Source: an uncultured Eubacteriales bacterium (GTDB lineage: Bacteria > Bacillota > Clostridia > Lachnospirales > Lachnospiraceae). Taken from it: a stretch of 63,426 nucleotides of DNA. Position numbers and translations under genes: made by a program. Shown here one piece after another: positions 54,509-63,426 of the stretch. The notes beneath the pieces were generated by a model. The model was not told the origin of the DNA. It made no database searches and worked only from the letters and a program-made list of their open reading frames with translations. The stretch covers positions 1-63,426 of the forward strand of contig ONFL01000035.1 of assembly GCA_900317095.1 (NCBI GenBank). The letters run 5' to 3'. Every line of letters begins with the position of its first letter. Within the stretch, counting starts at the first letter, position 1.

Positions 54509-55858
54509 TTGAACAGAGTACGTTTTGATTATTCAAAAACAGCCGGATTTATCAGTGAAGAAGAAGTAGAGATCATGTCCAGGATCGCGGGTAATGCCAA
54601 AGATCTTCTGCTCAGCAGGACAGGAGCCGGAAACGATTTCCTGGGCTGGATAGATCTGCCGGTAAACTACGATAAAGAAGAATTCGCCAGGATCCAGGCG
54701 GCAGCCGAAAAAATCCGTTCTGATTCGGAGGTGCTCCTGGTGATCGGCATCGGCGGTTCTTATCTGGGAGCCCGGGCAGCCAATGAATTCCTGGGGCATA
54801 ATTTCTATAATATGATTCCCCGCAGTCTCCGCAAGGCTCCGGAGATTTATTATTGTGGAAACAATCTGAGCAGTTCTTACATTCAGGGCCTGCTTGATGT
54901 GGTAGGAGACAGGGATTTTTCCATCAACATGATCTCCAAATCCGGAACAACGACTGAACCGGCGGTGGCCTTCCGTGTATTTAAGGAAAAGATGATCCGG
55001 AAATACGGACGCAAGGGTGCTGCGGGCAGGATATACTGCACGACAGATAAAGCAAAGGGCGCTCTTCGCCATCTGGCAGTAGAAGAGGGATATGAGACAT
55101 TTGTTGTCCCGGATGATATAGGCGGACGTTATTCCGTACTGACAGCTGTAGGTCTTCTGCCGATCGCCGTCAGCGGGGTGGATATAGAGAAACTGATGGA
55201 AGGAGCAGCAGCCGGCAGAGAGCGTTTTCTGAATGCGCCTTTTGCGGAGAATGATGCCGTACAGTATGCAGCCATCCGCAATATTCTTCTGCGCAAGGGC
55301 AAGAGTGTGGAGATCATGGCCAGCTATGAACCTGCAGCACAGTATATAGCGGAATGGTGGAAGCAGCTTTTCGGCGAGAGCGAGGGCAAGGATAAGAAGG
55401 GAATCTTCCCTGCTTCTGTAACACTTACCGCTGATCTTCATTCCATGGGACAGTTTATCCAGGACGGGTCCCGGATCATGTATGAGACGGTTCTGGAAAT
55501 AGAAGATCCCGGCGCGAAGATAGGGATTGAGGAAGAACCCGGAGATCTGGACGGCCTGAATTATCTGGCGGGAAAGGATCTGGATTTCATTAACAAGAGC
55601 GCCATGAATGGAACCATTCTGGCCCACACAGACGGACAGGTTCCCAATCTGAAGGTAACGGTTCCCGGACGGAATCCATTCTCTCTGGGTGAACTTTTCT
55701 ATTTTTATGAATTCGCCTGCGGTGTCAGCGGCTATATTCTGGGAGTGAATCCTTTCGACCAGCCGGGAGTCGAGAGCTATAAGAAAAATATGTTTGCGCT
55801 TCTGGGAAAGCCTGGGTATGAGGAACTGAGCAAGGAGCTTTTAAAGAGGCTGTCATGA
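54509..55858 (+). CDS. pgi: Glucose-6-phosphate isomerase (short Firmicutes type)
   Basis: TTG start after [25 protein letters not shown] and GGRYS motifs. Confidence 0.9.
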   Translation: MNRVRFDYSKTAGFISEEEVEIMSRIAGNAKDLLLSRTGAGNDFLGWIDLPVNYDKEEFARIQAAAEKIRSDSEVLLVIGIGGSYLGARAANEFLGHNFYNMIPRSLRKAPEIYYCGNNLSSSYIQGLLDVVGDRDFSINMISKSGTTTEPAVAFRVFKEKMIRKYGRKGAAGRIYCTTDKAKGALRHLAVEEGYETFVVPDDIGGRYSVLTAVGLLPIAVSGVDIEKLMEGAAAGRERFLNAPFAENDAVQYAAIRNILLRKGKSVEIMASYEPAAQYIAEWWKQLFGESEGKDKKGIFPASVTLTADLHSMGQFIQDGSRIMYETVLEIEDPGAKIGIEEEPGDLDGLNYLAGKDLDFINKSAMNGTILAHTDGQVPNLKVTVPGRNPFSLGELFYFYEFACGVSGYILGVNPFDQPGVESYKKNMFALLGKPGYEELSKELLKRLS

Positions 55859-57240
55859 GCATTGTAATAAAGGGCGGCCTTCTGGCGCTGGAAGAGGGTC
55901 CGGTTCGCGCGGACATTCTGATCGAGGGGGAGAAGATTGCCGGGATCGGAGAAGGATTTGCGGCGGAAGACTGCCAGGTCATCGATGCCGGAGGGCTGCT
56001 TGTCCTGCCGGGCGGGATAGATGTGCATACACATTTTAACATTGATGTCGGCGTGCGGTCAGTGGATGATTTCACATCCGGCACGGTTTCTGCCGTATTT
56101 GGCGGGACGACGACCATTGTAGACCACATGGGCTTCGGGCCGGCCGGATGTGATCTGCATCATCAGCTTGAGGTATACCGGGGCTATACGGATGGAAAAT
56201 GCATTGCGGATTATGGTATTCATGGTGTGGTCCAGCATGTAGATGACCGGATCCTGGATGAGATCCCTTCCATGATCTCGGAGGGGATCCCCAGTATGAA
56301 GATCTATCTGACCTATGATTACCGGCTCGGGGACGAAGATATCATCCGGTTTCTGGACCGGATGCGCCGTGAAGGAGGTCTCACAGCGGTTCATTGTGAA
56401 AATCATGCTGTTCTGACCTGGCTGCGGCAGAAATACGTCCGTGAAGGGAAGCTTCAGGCGAAGTATCATCCTCTTTCCCGCCCTGCTTACTGTGAAGCGG
56501 AAGCTGTAGACCGGATGATCAGTCTGGCACAGGCTGCCGGAAATGCGCCGCTGTATATCGTGCACGTTTCCACCGGCCAGGCTGCCTGCCTGATCCGCGC
56601 GGCCAGGCGGGCGGGACTGCCTGTATATGGAGAGACCTGTCCCCAGTATCTTGTGCTGGATGACAGCAGCTACGAGGACCCGCAGGAAGGCCTGAAATAT
56701 ATCATGAGTCCGCCGCTGCGGGCGAAGGAGCAGCAGGATTTTCTCTGGAAGGGACTTCGGGAAGGATATCTGCAGACAGTGGCAACAGATCACTGCAGTT
56801 TTGACATGCATGGAGACAAGCAGCTGGGGAAGGATGATTTTACGAAATGCCCCAACGGTGCGCCGGGGGTAGAACTGCGCCTGCCCATTCTTTTCTCAGA
56901 GGGTGTGAAAAAGAAGCGGATCGATCTGAATACATTTGTGCGTGTTGTCAGCACGAACCCTGCAAAGCTCTTCGGCCTATATCCCCGCAAGGGAACGATA
57001 AAGGTCGGAAGCGACGCAGATCTGGTGCTGCTGGATCCGGACATGGAAGTAAAGATCCGGAAAAACATTCTTCATGACAATGCGGATTACACTCCTTATG
57101 AGGGAATGAAGGCTGCCGGCTGGCCGGTGATGACGCTGATCCGGGGGCATAAGGTGGTAGAAAACGAAAGGCTCTGTGTCAAGGAGGGCTTTGGGCAGTT
57201 TTTGGCAAGAAAACCATTTACAGTAGATTTATTTGATTAG
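55855..57240 (+). CDS. Dihydropyrimidinase / D-hydantoinase-type cyclic amidohydrolase
   Basis: GGIDVHTHF metal-binding motif. SMKIYLTYD, the carboxylated-Lys context. VHCEN and DHC motifs. ATGA overlap with pgi. Confidence 0.8.
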   Translation: MSIVIKGGLLALEEGPVRADILIEGEKIAGIGEGFAAEDCQVIDAGGLLVLPGGIDVHTHFNIDVGVRSVDDFTSGTVSAVFGGTTTIVDHMGFGPAGCDLHHQLEVYRGYTDGKCIADYGIHGVVQHVDDRILDEIPSMISEGIPSMKIYLTYDYRLGDEDIIRFLDRMRREGGLTAVHCENHAVLTWLRQKYVREGKLQAKYHPLSRPAYCEAEAVDRMISLAQAAGNAPLYIVHVSTGQAACLIRAARRAGLPVYGETCPQYLVLDDSSYEDPQEGLKYIMSPPLRAKEQQDFLWKGLREGYLQTVATDHCSFDMHGDKQLGKDDFTKCPNGAPGVELRLPILFSEGVKKKRIDLNTFVRVVSTNPAKLFGLYPRKGTIKVGSDADLVLLDPDMEVKIRKNILHDNADYTPYEGMKAAGWPVMTLIRGHKVVENERLCVKEGFGQFLARKPFTVDLFD

Positions 57241-57259
57241 ATATTTATCAGGGGCAAAG

Positions 57260-58582
57260 ATGTCAGAGAAGAAAAAACAGATTTATGTCGTCGGACATAA
57301 TGATCCGGATACAGGGTCAGTCTGCTGCAGCGCGGCGCTGGCAAATCTGCAGAACCGGATCCAGGATAGAATAAAAGCAGAGAACTTATATACAGCAGTG
57401 TGTCCGGGCAGTCTGCAGCAGCAGACAAAAGAGATTTTTGAACTTTTTCATACGCCGCTTCCGCAGATCATGACGGATGCCAGGACACAGACCACGGATG
57501 TGGATTACAGCGAGGGTATCTCCGTAAGAGAAGATATTTCTCTGCTGGAAGCCTGGAAGCTGATGAGGAAGGAGTGCCGGTCTACCCTTGCCGTTACCAG
57601 GCAGGACGGGACACTCCACGGCGTTATCACGACCGGTGATATTGCGAAATCTTACATGGAAGCGTTCGATAATAAGATTCTTGCGCAGGCCCATACCCCC
57701 TTCCGCAATATTGTGGAGACTTTGAACGGAGAGCAGCTGACCGGAGATCCTCAGGGTGAAGTGAGTGGAGGAAAGGTCAGTATTGCCGCGGCCAACACGG
57801 ACATTATCCGGGAAAGGATCAATCCCGGGGATGTACTTTTACTGGCCAACCGTTATGAGGCCCAGGTGTGCAGCATAGAGCAGCAGGCGGCAGTCATGAT
57901 CGTCTGCGCAGGAACAGAGGTTTCCAGGACGATCCTCAAACTTGCCCAGGAGAAGAAATGTACAGTGATCACGACTCCTTTTGATACTTACGCGGCCGCG
58001 AGAATGATCAATCTGAGTATTCCGGTAAGGCAGTTTATGACGACGGATCCCGTGCATTTTCAGGAGGATGATTACATTGATGACATCAGACCGGTCATGA
58101 TGGGAACCCGGATCCGGGATTTTCCGATCCTGACGGCGGATGGAAAGTACATCGGTATGATCTCACGGCGTCATCTGATCGATATGAAGCGGAAGCAGTT
58201 CCTGCTCGTGGACCACAATGACGCTGCTTCTTCTATCCGGGGGATCGAAGAAGCGGAAGTTGTCGGAATTGTAGATAATCACAGCCTGAAAACAGTTCAG
58301 ACTGTGAGGCCGGTTCCGATCAAGACCTGTCCGGTCGGAAGCTGCGCAGTCATTATTGCCCGCATGTTTGCAGAAGATCATCTGGAAATAGATCCGGATA
58401 CAGCAGGGCTTCTTTATGCGGCACTGCTCTATGAGACAAAGGGACTTACTGCTTCTTCAGTTACAAAGGCGGACATCGACGCGGCAGGAGAACTCGCCGG
58501 CATCTGCGGGGACGATTTGACCCTGTCTGTAAAGAATATACTGGGACTTACAGATTATACCGCTGAGGGAGGCCTGAACTGA
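57260..58582 (+). CDS. Degenerate DHH-CBS-DRTGG paralog of CBS-pyrophosphatase (no DHHA2 domain)
   Basis: Collinear with the downstream gene over about 430 aa. The metal motifs are altered: HNDPDTG instead of HKNPDTD, and DNH instead of DHH. The protein ends before the DHHA2 domain. Confidence 0.7.
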   Translation: MSEKKKQIYVVGHNDPDTGSVCCSAALANLQNRIQDRIKAENLYTAVCPGSLQQQTKEIFELFHTPLPQIMTDARTQTTDVDYSEGISVREDISLLEAWKLMRKECRSTLAVTRQDGTLHGVITTGDIAKSYMEAFDNKILAQAHTPFRNIVETLNGEQLTGDPQGEVSGGKVSIAAANTDIIRERINPGDVLLLANRYEAQVCSIEQQAAVMIVCAGTEVSRTILKLAQEKKCTVITTPFDTYAAARMINLSIPVRQFMTTDPVHFQEDDYIDDIRPVMMGTRIRDFPILTADGKYIGMISRRHLIDMKRKQFLLVDHNDAASSIRGIEEAEVVGIVDNHSLKTVQTVRPVPIKTCPVGSCAVIIARMFAEDHLEIDPDTAGLLYAALLYETKGLTASSVTKADIDAAGELAGICGDDLTLSVKNILGLTDYTAEGGLN

Positions 58583-60234
58583 TGCGAAGAGACGAGATAA
58601 ATATTATCGGACATAAGAACCCGGACACAGATACGATCTGCAGCGCAATTTCTTATGCTTATTATAAAAACTGTCTGACCGGCAGTGACCGTTATATACC
58701 AAGAAGAGCGGGAGATGTCAGTCTGGAAACGGATTACGTATTGAAAAAATTCGGTTTCGAAGCTCCGCAGCTTCTTACAGACGTCCGGACCCAGGTACAG
58801 GATCTTCAGCTAGAAGAAGGGGAGAGGGTAGACCGCAAGCTTTCTATCCGCAAGGCATGGGAAACTCTTACGACCCAGCATAAATCAACGCTGGTTGTGG
58901 TCAACGACCGGGATGAACTGGAAGGTATTATTACCATCGGAGATATTGCCAGATCTATCATGGACGTGCATGGCAATACGATCCTGGCAGACGCAAAAAC
59001 TCCCTATAAGAATATTGTGGAGACACTGGATGCGGTAGTCGCCGCCGGCGATATTGAAGGGAAGACCGCGGCCGGCAAGGTGTTGATGGGAGCGGCCAAT
59101 CCGGATCTTCTGGAGAAATACATTGAGCCCGGGGATATGGTAATTGTGGCAGACCGCTATGAATCTCAGCTGTGCGCGCTGGAGATGCGGGCTTCCTGCC
59201 TGATCGTCTGCCTGGATGACCACATCAGCGAGAATATTATTCATATGGCACAGGAGAACGGCAGTATTATTCTGCAGTCTCCCTATGATTCCTATATCAC
59301 TGCCCGCCTGCTGAATGAAAGTATTCCTATTGAGTATTTTATGATCCGTGATGAGATCATGACATTTCATATGAACGATTATATGGATGATATCAAGGGA
59401 ACGGTGGCAAAGGTCAGACACCGCGCTTTCCCTGTTCTGGATGAAAGGGAACATCTTGCCGGGATCATTACCAGAGACAGTCTTCTTGGGGATGCGGGAA
59501 GGAAAATGATCCTGGTGGATCACAATGAGATGTCCCAGTCTGTGGAAGGCATGAAAGAAGCGGATATTCTTGAGATCATTGATCATCACAAGCTCGGATC
59601 TCTGGAGAGCAGAAGACCGGTCATGATAGACTGCCGGCCGCTGGGATGTACGGCAACGATCATTTATTCCAGGTTTGTCCGCAGCGGGATCCCGATCCCG
59701 GAAAATATAGCGGGTCTGATGTGCAGCGCTATTATATCCGATACGCTCCTGTACAGGTCTCCGACCTGTACGCCTCTGGATAAAGAAGCCTGCGAAAAGC
59801 TTGCCGGTATTGCGGGAGTGAATACAGAGCAGCTTGCCAGGAATATGTTCCGGGCCGGAAGCAATTTTGACGGCCGCAGCGATGAGGATATTTTTTATCA
59901 GGATTTTAAGCGCTTTCAATCCGGCGACATTCGCTTCGGTGTAGGTCAGGTAACGTCCATGGATGGTGAGGCACTGGATGAACTTTCCGGAAGGATGCAG
60001 AAGTTCATGAAGGAAACACTTCCAGGAAGCGGTCTGGATATGCTGTTCCTGATGATGACAGATATCCTGAATGAATCTACGGTTCTTTTGTGCGCAGGGC
60101 CGCGGGCAAAGGAGAGCGTGGCAGGATACCGTCCCTACCCTGAAAAAAACGGGGACGGGCTTCTGATGGAGGGCGTCGTTTCCAGAAAGAAACAGGTTAT
60201 TCCGGTGTTGATGACGGCGCTCAGCCAGAACTGA
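58582..60234 (+). CDS. ppaC: CBS-domain-containing family II inorganic pyrophosphatase (DHH-CBS-DRTGG-CBS-DHHA2)
   Basis: GHKNPDTDTICS, VDHNE, IIDHHKLG, and the DHHA2 C-terminus. CBS/DRTGG insert between DHH motifs. The ATG at 58582 shares one base with the upstream TGA stop (TGATG). Confidence 0.85.
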   Translation: MRRDEINIIGHKNPDTDTICSAISYAYYKNCLTGSDRYIPRRAGDVSLETDYVLKKFGFEAPQLLTDVRTQVQDLQLEEGERVDRKLSIRKAWETLTTQHKSTLVVVNDRDELEGIITIGDIARSIMDVHGNTILADAKTPYKNIVETLDAVVAAGDIEGKTAAGKVLMGAANPDLLEKYIEPGDMVIVADRYESQLCALEMRASCLIVCLDDHISENIIHMAQENGSIILQSPYDSYITARLLNESIPIEYFMIRDEIMTFHMNDYMDDIKGTVAKVRHRAFPVLDEREHLAGIITRDSLLGDAGRKMILVDHNEMSQSVEGMKEADILEIIDHHKLGSLESRRPVMIDCRPLGCTATIIYSRFVRSGIPIPENIAGLMCSAIISDTLLYRSPTCTPLDKEACEKLAGIAGVNTEQLARNMFRAGSNFDGRSDEDIFYQDFKRFQSGDIRFGVGQVTSMDGEALDELSGRMQKFMKETLPGSGLDMLFLMMTDILNESTVLLCAGPRAKESVAGYRPYPEKNGDGLLMEGVVSRKKQVIPVLMTALSQN

Positions 60235-60310
60235 TCCTGCACGAAGGGGCGGCTGCAGACTGCTCTTTTACCGCGGCAGCGATATGAAAAACAGATCGGA
60301 GGGAAGAAGA

Positions 60311-60895
60311 ATGGGTGAAAAACAGTTATGGAAACCCGGCAACATGCTTTATCCGCTCCCTGCGGTAATGGTTACCACAGGAGACCGGGACGGCAATTAT
60401 AATATCATGACGGCTGCATGGGCGGGAACGATCTGTTCGGATCCTCCGATGGTTTATGTTTCTGTGCGCAAGAGCCGATATACTCATCATATGATAGATG
60501 AGACGGGAGAGTATTTTATAAACCTGACAACGCAGCAGCTGGCCTACGCCACTGATTTCTGCGGTGTGAAGTCAGGACGGGATATCAATAAATTTGAGGT
60601 GCTGCATCTGACCCCTAAAAAGGGCATGCTGAAGTATGCGCCGATGATCGAAGAAAGTCCTGTCTGTATTGCCTGCCGGGTAAACAGAATTCTGGAACTT
60701 GGCAGTCACGATATGTTCATGGCGGATGTGGCGGGCGTTTACGCGGATGAAGACTACATGGACAAGAACGGGCGGTTCAGTCTGGAAAGAGCGGAGCCTA
60801 TTGTCTATTCACATGGAGAATATTACGGCGTGGGAAAGCATATCGGCCGCTTTGGCTATTCCGTAAAGAAGGCTAAGGGCTCCCGCAGAAAATAG
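60311..60895 (+). CDS. Flavin reductase-like FMN-binding protein
   Basis: YPLPAVMVTT.........NIMTAAW.G...S.PPMV.VS.R is the flavin-reductase-like fold signature. ATG at 60311 after GGAGGGAAG. Confidence 0.8.
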   Translation: MGEKQLWKPGNMLYPLPAVMVTTGDRDGNYNIMTAAWAGTICSDPPMVYVSVRKSRYTHHMIDETGEYFINLTTQQLAYATDFCGVKSGRDINKFEVLHLTPKKGMLKYAPMIEESPVCIACRVNRILELGSHDMFMADVAGVYADEDYMDKNGRFSLERAEPIVYSHGEYYGVGKHIGRFGYSVKKAKGSRRK

Positions 60896-60929
60896 AACTC
60901 TGCCGGATGATGACAGACAGAGAAAAAAA

Positions 60930-61820
60930 TCAGTCCTGGCTGAGCAGTTCGGGAATAGAATCTTCGTCAATCGTCTGGTCGAAGATCCCCTGCAGGATCC
61001 GGTCCAGCTGTTCCTTCCCGCAGACAGGTGATTCCGGGAGCGGGAGCAGCAGGCTGGGATCGTATAAGTCCTGGTGATCGATCAGGGCGCTGATGATTTC
61101 CGGGGAAATTTCGCTGCCCAGGCAGAGCTGCAGGATTTCCAGCAGGCAGTTCAATGCCTTGTCCCGGCGGCCGTTTTCTTCATAAAGAAGATAAAGGCCA
61201 TAGAGGTGCTGTTCACGGCCTGCGGCAGATCCTAAAGGCATGCCGTCTGCGGCATTCTGCATACGGCTGGTCAGGATCCCTTCAATATTTTCCATGAATG
61301 AAAGTGCGGGATCCTTTTTCTTCTCGTATTCCTGCGGGGAGATCATCCAGTCATTCCGGTGCCGGTGAAGCTGCAGAAGGTCCTGGTGGCTTTGCAGATA
61401 CAGCCGGCTTTTTTCGGAGAGCCGGTACCAGGTCTCCGGGTGCAGGAGCTTTGCCTGGTCTGCAGCACTGGAAAGGATCAGTGCGATGCAGCCGTCCCGG
61501 TCCGGTGCAGGCGCAAGAGAGGCATCTGTCAGGATCCTGTGCAGATCAACGATGTTCATGGCCCGCAGCATGCCGGCCAGGTCACAGGGCTCGAAAAAAC
61601 CCTCAGCCTGCAGATCTTTCTGATAAGATGATGGTGAGGAAATAGCGCATTCCTGCACCAGGAAGCGGGGATAATCCAGATCGCTGCGCAAGGGAGAAGG
61701 ATTGCTGCAGGCATCCAGAAAAACGGCGCGGCGGTATTCTTCTGTCAGCTGTCCGGATTCTGGAGAAGCAGGTTTTGCTTTTTTTCTGTTTTTTAAAAAT
61801 GAGAACAGGCCCATGATCAT
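60930..61820 (-). CDS. Hypothetical protein (296 aa)
   Basis: ORF with coding-like composition. No recognised motifs. Confidence 0.5.
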   Translation of the reverse strand: MIMGLFSFLKNRKKAKPASPESGQLTEEYRRAVFLDACSNPSPLRSDLDYPRFLVQECAISSPSSYQKDLQAEGFFEPCDLAGMLRAMNIVDLHRILTDASLAPAPDRDGCIALILSSAADQAKLLHPETWYRLSEKSRLYLQSHQDLLQLHRHRNDWMISPQEYEKKKDPALSFMENIEGILTSRMQNAADGMPLGSAAGREQHLYGLYLLYEENGRRDKALNCLLEILQLCLGSEISPEIISALIDHQDLYDPSLLLPLPESPVCGKEQLDRILQGIFDQTIDEDSIPELLSQD

Positions 61821-61936
61821 TCCTTTCCGGTTTTCGATGCTTCAGGCATGAAAACAGTGCACACTACAGGGAAATACAGAGAATTTTTCTATTACATCAT
61901 AAGTATACAATACAGAAAAAAGAGGGTCAAAATAAA

Positions 61937-63082
61937 GTGTTAAGGGATTCGACGGAAAAAGAAGACGCGGAAAAGAAACTTCTTAAGAAAATGGCTGCCA
62001 TTGTCCCTCTGGATCAACAGGCCATGGAGAAGGCCGTGGACAGATGGAACAGTATTGGGAAGCCGATCCACAGCCTGGGGCTGCTGGAGGACGCCATTGT
62101 GCGTATGGCTGGAATTCAGGGTACAGATGCCGTGCGTATGGATAAAAAAGCTATCGTCGTCATGTGTGCGGATAATGGTGTTGTCCGCGAGGGAGTGACC
62201 CAGACCGGCAGCCAGGTGACCCGGATCGTCGCGGATAATATAGCCTGTGGAGACGCCACAGTAGATATCATGGCAAATAAGGCCGGCGCAGATGTATTTG
62301 TGGTGGATATAGGCATGGATTGCGAAGAATATCCCCAAAAAGAGCTGTGTACGGGAAAAGTGATCGACCGCAAGATCCGCCGTGGGAGTGGTGACATTGC
62401 CCTGGAGCCGGCCATGACATGTCAGGAGTGCATGCAGGCCCTGCTGACAGGCATGGAGATTGCGCAGACTCTGAAGGAAAAAGGATATCATGTAATCGGC
62501 ACCGGCGAGATGGGCATTGGCAACACCACACCGGCAAGCGCGCTGGCGTCTATTCTGGATAATGTTCCTGCGGAGAATGTGACAGGAAAGGGGGCCGGCC
62601 TGACTGAAGAGGGACTGCGGCATAAAATCGGGATCGTGGAGAAAGCAGTAAACCGTTACTGGGACGCAGCTGGAGAGATAGCGGACGATGATCTGTTCCG
62701 TTTTCATACCGGTGTTGAACTGCTGGCACAGGTGGGGAGCCTGGAAATTGCAGGCATGGCAGGTCTGTGTCTGGGCGGTGCCGCCAGCGGACTAACGGTG
62801 ATCCTGGACGGCTTTATTTCTGCGGCAGCCGCGCTGGCCGCTATCCTGATCTCTACCAGCCAGGCCTGCGGTGATTATCTGCTGGCTTCCCATGTCAGTG
62901 CCGAGCCCGGCGGGAAGCGGGTGATCAGTCAGCTTCATGTCTCTCCGGTGATAGATGCCGGGATGTGCCTGGGAGAAGGGACCGGCGCCGCGGCAGCCAT
63001 GAGCCTCTATGAGATGGCACTGGAGGTTTACAGGTCCATGAAAACATTTGAAGAGATCAATGTAACCCCTTATAAAGCCTGA
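61937..63082 (+). CDS. cobT: Nicotinate-nucleotide--dimethylbenzimidazole phosphoribosyltransferase
   Basis: KP..SLG.LE, GEMGIGNTT and the C-terminal MCLGEGTGA motifs. The start could be the GTG at 61937 or the ATG at 61991. Confidence 0.9.
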   Translation: MLRDSTEKEDAEKKLLKKMAAIVPLDQQAMEKAVDRWNSIGKPIHSLGLLEDAIVRMAGIQGTDAVRMDKKAIVVMCADNGVVREGVTQTGSQVTRIVADNIACGDATVDIMANKAGADVFVVDIGMDCEEYPQKELCTGKVIDRKIRRGSGDIALEPAMTCQECMQALLTGMEIAQTLKEKGYHVIGTGEMGIGNTTPASALASILDNVPAENVTGKGAGLTEEGLRHKIGIVEKAVNRYWDAAGEIADDDLFRFHTGVELLAQVGSLEIAGMAGLCLGGAASGLTVILDGFISAAAALAAILISTSQACGDYLLASHVSAEPGGKRVISQLHVSPVIDAGMCLGEGTGAAAAMSLYEMALEVYRSMKTFEEINVTPYKA

Positions 63083-63103
63083 CCGGCAGGGCGGAGAAGA
63101 GCT

Positions 63104-63426
63104 ATGTTTGTTTTTGTCTTCGGCGGGAGCGCCAGCGGGAAATCCGAGTATGCCGAAAAGAGGGCAGCAGAGCTGGCTGCCTCTGAAGGCAGCCGGCTGA
63201 TCTATCTTGCGGCTATGAAACCCTTTGGGGAGGAAGCGCAAAGGCGCATTGCCCGCCACCGCCGGATGCGGAGCGGCAGGGGATTTATCACAGTAGAGCG
63301 ATATACGGATCTTGCCGGTCTGGCCCGGCAGCAGGCGCGTTTGCTGCAGGGTTCCTGCCTTCTGCTGGAATGCATGTCAAACCTCACGGCAAATGAACTG
63401 TTTGACGAGGAAGGCGCAGGAGCGGA
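63104..63426 (+). CDS. cobU: Adenosylcobinamide kinase / adenosylcobinamide-phosphate guanylyltransferase (3' end truncated by the window end)
   Basis: My translation from the ATG at 63104 is MFVFVFGGSASGKSEYAE... (P-loop GGxxSGKS), then ...RIARHR..R...F.T.E. The frame is open to the end of the window. Not in the ORF track. Confidence 0.8.
   Translation, partial: MFVFVFGGSASGKSEYAEKRAAELAASEGSRLIYLAAMKPFGEEAQRRIARHRRMRSGRGFITVERYTDLAGLARQQARLLQGSCLLLECMSNLTANELFDEEGAGA

Noticed and set aside
61821-61936. Possible cobalamin riboswitch upstream of cobT.
   Set aside because: The 116-nt leader is AT-rich. I could find neither a B12-box-like element nor the conserved GC-rich helices, so there is no support from sequence alone.

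Overview
This is a 63.4 kb chromosomal segment from a Firmicutes genome, probably a Clostridia or Lachnospiraceae-like organism. GC is moderately high, and spoVG, mecA and Spo0A-box-like sites are present. The backbone is origin-proximal housekeeping: DUF951-rpsF-ssb-rpsR, gdpP-rplI-dnaB, prs, dnaD/dnaI-like genes, murC, spoVG, pth-mfd, etfBA, glgB-murG, pgi and cobTU. I saw no rRNA, tRNA, CRISPR array, transposase or integrase.

Three accessory regions stand out:
1. A divergent Tad/Flp-type pilus locus spans about 41.7-52.6 kb. It includes a 56-aa Flp pilin gene that is missing from the ORF track, two prepilin peptidases, a TadZ-like protein without a P-loop, an FHA-domain protein, and a pseudopilin-like protein with duplicated Ada-like zinc modules. 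Both of its promoters are preceded by 10-bp-phased arrays of TGTCGAA (Spo0A-box) heptamers.
2. A co-directional three-gene cluster at 30.8-36.5 kb encodes a TIR-like/Sel1-repeat protein, a small protein with an R-S-E ADP-ribosyltransferase-like motif pattern, and a 1226-aa TPR, acidic-linker and divergent SpoVK-type AAA protein. It is a candidate NAD-linked system of unknown function.
3. A 1135-aa secreted protein at 20.2-23.6 kb combines a lysozyme-like domain with three tandem ricin-lectin repeats.

Smaller oddities:
- a perfect tandem 0A box next to mecA
- a DnaA-box-like cluster upstream of the dnaD/dnaI-like operon
- an SbcC/Rad50-like ATPase with a transmembrane hairpin
- a pseudo-histidine-kinase membrane protein
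- tandem CBS-DHH pyrophosphatase paralogs, one of them degenerate
- a 28-bp perfect palindrome beside an AT-rich non-coding island

All functional calls come from motif recognition by eye. No database search was run.
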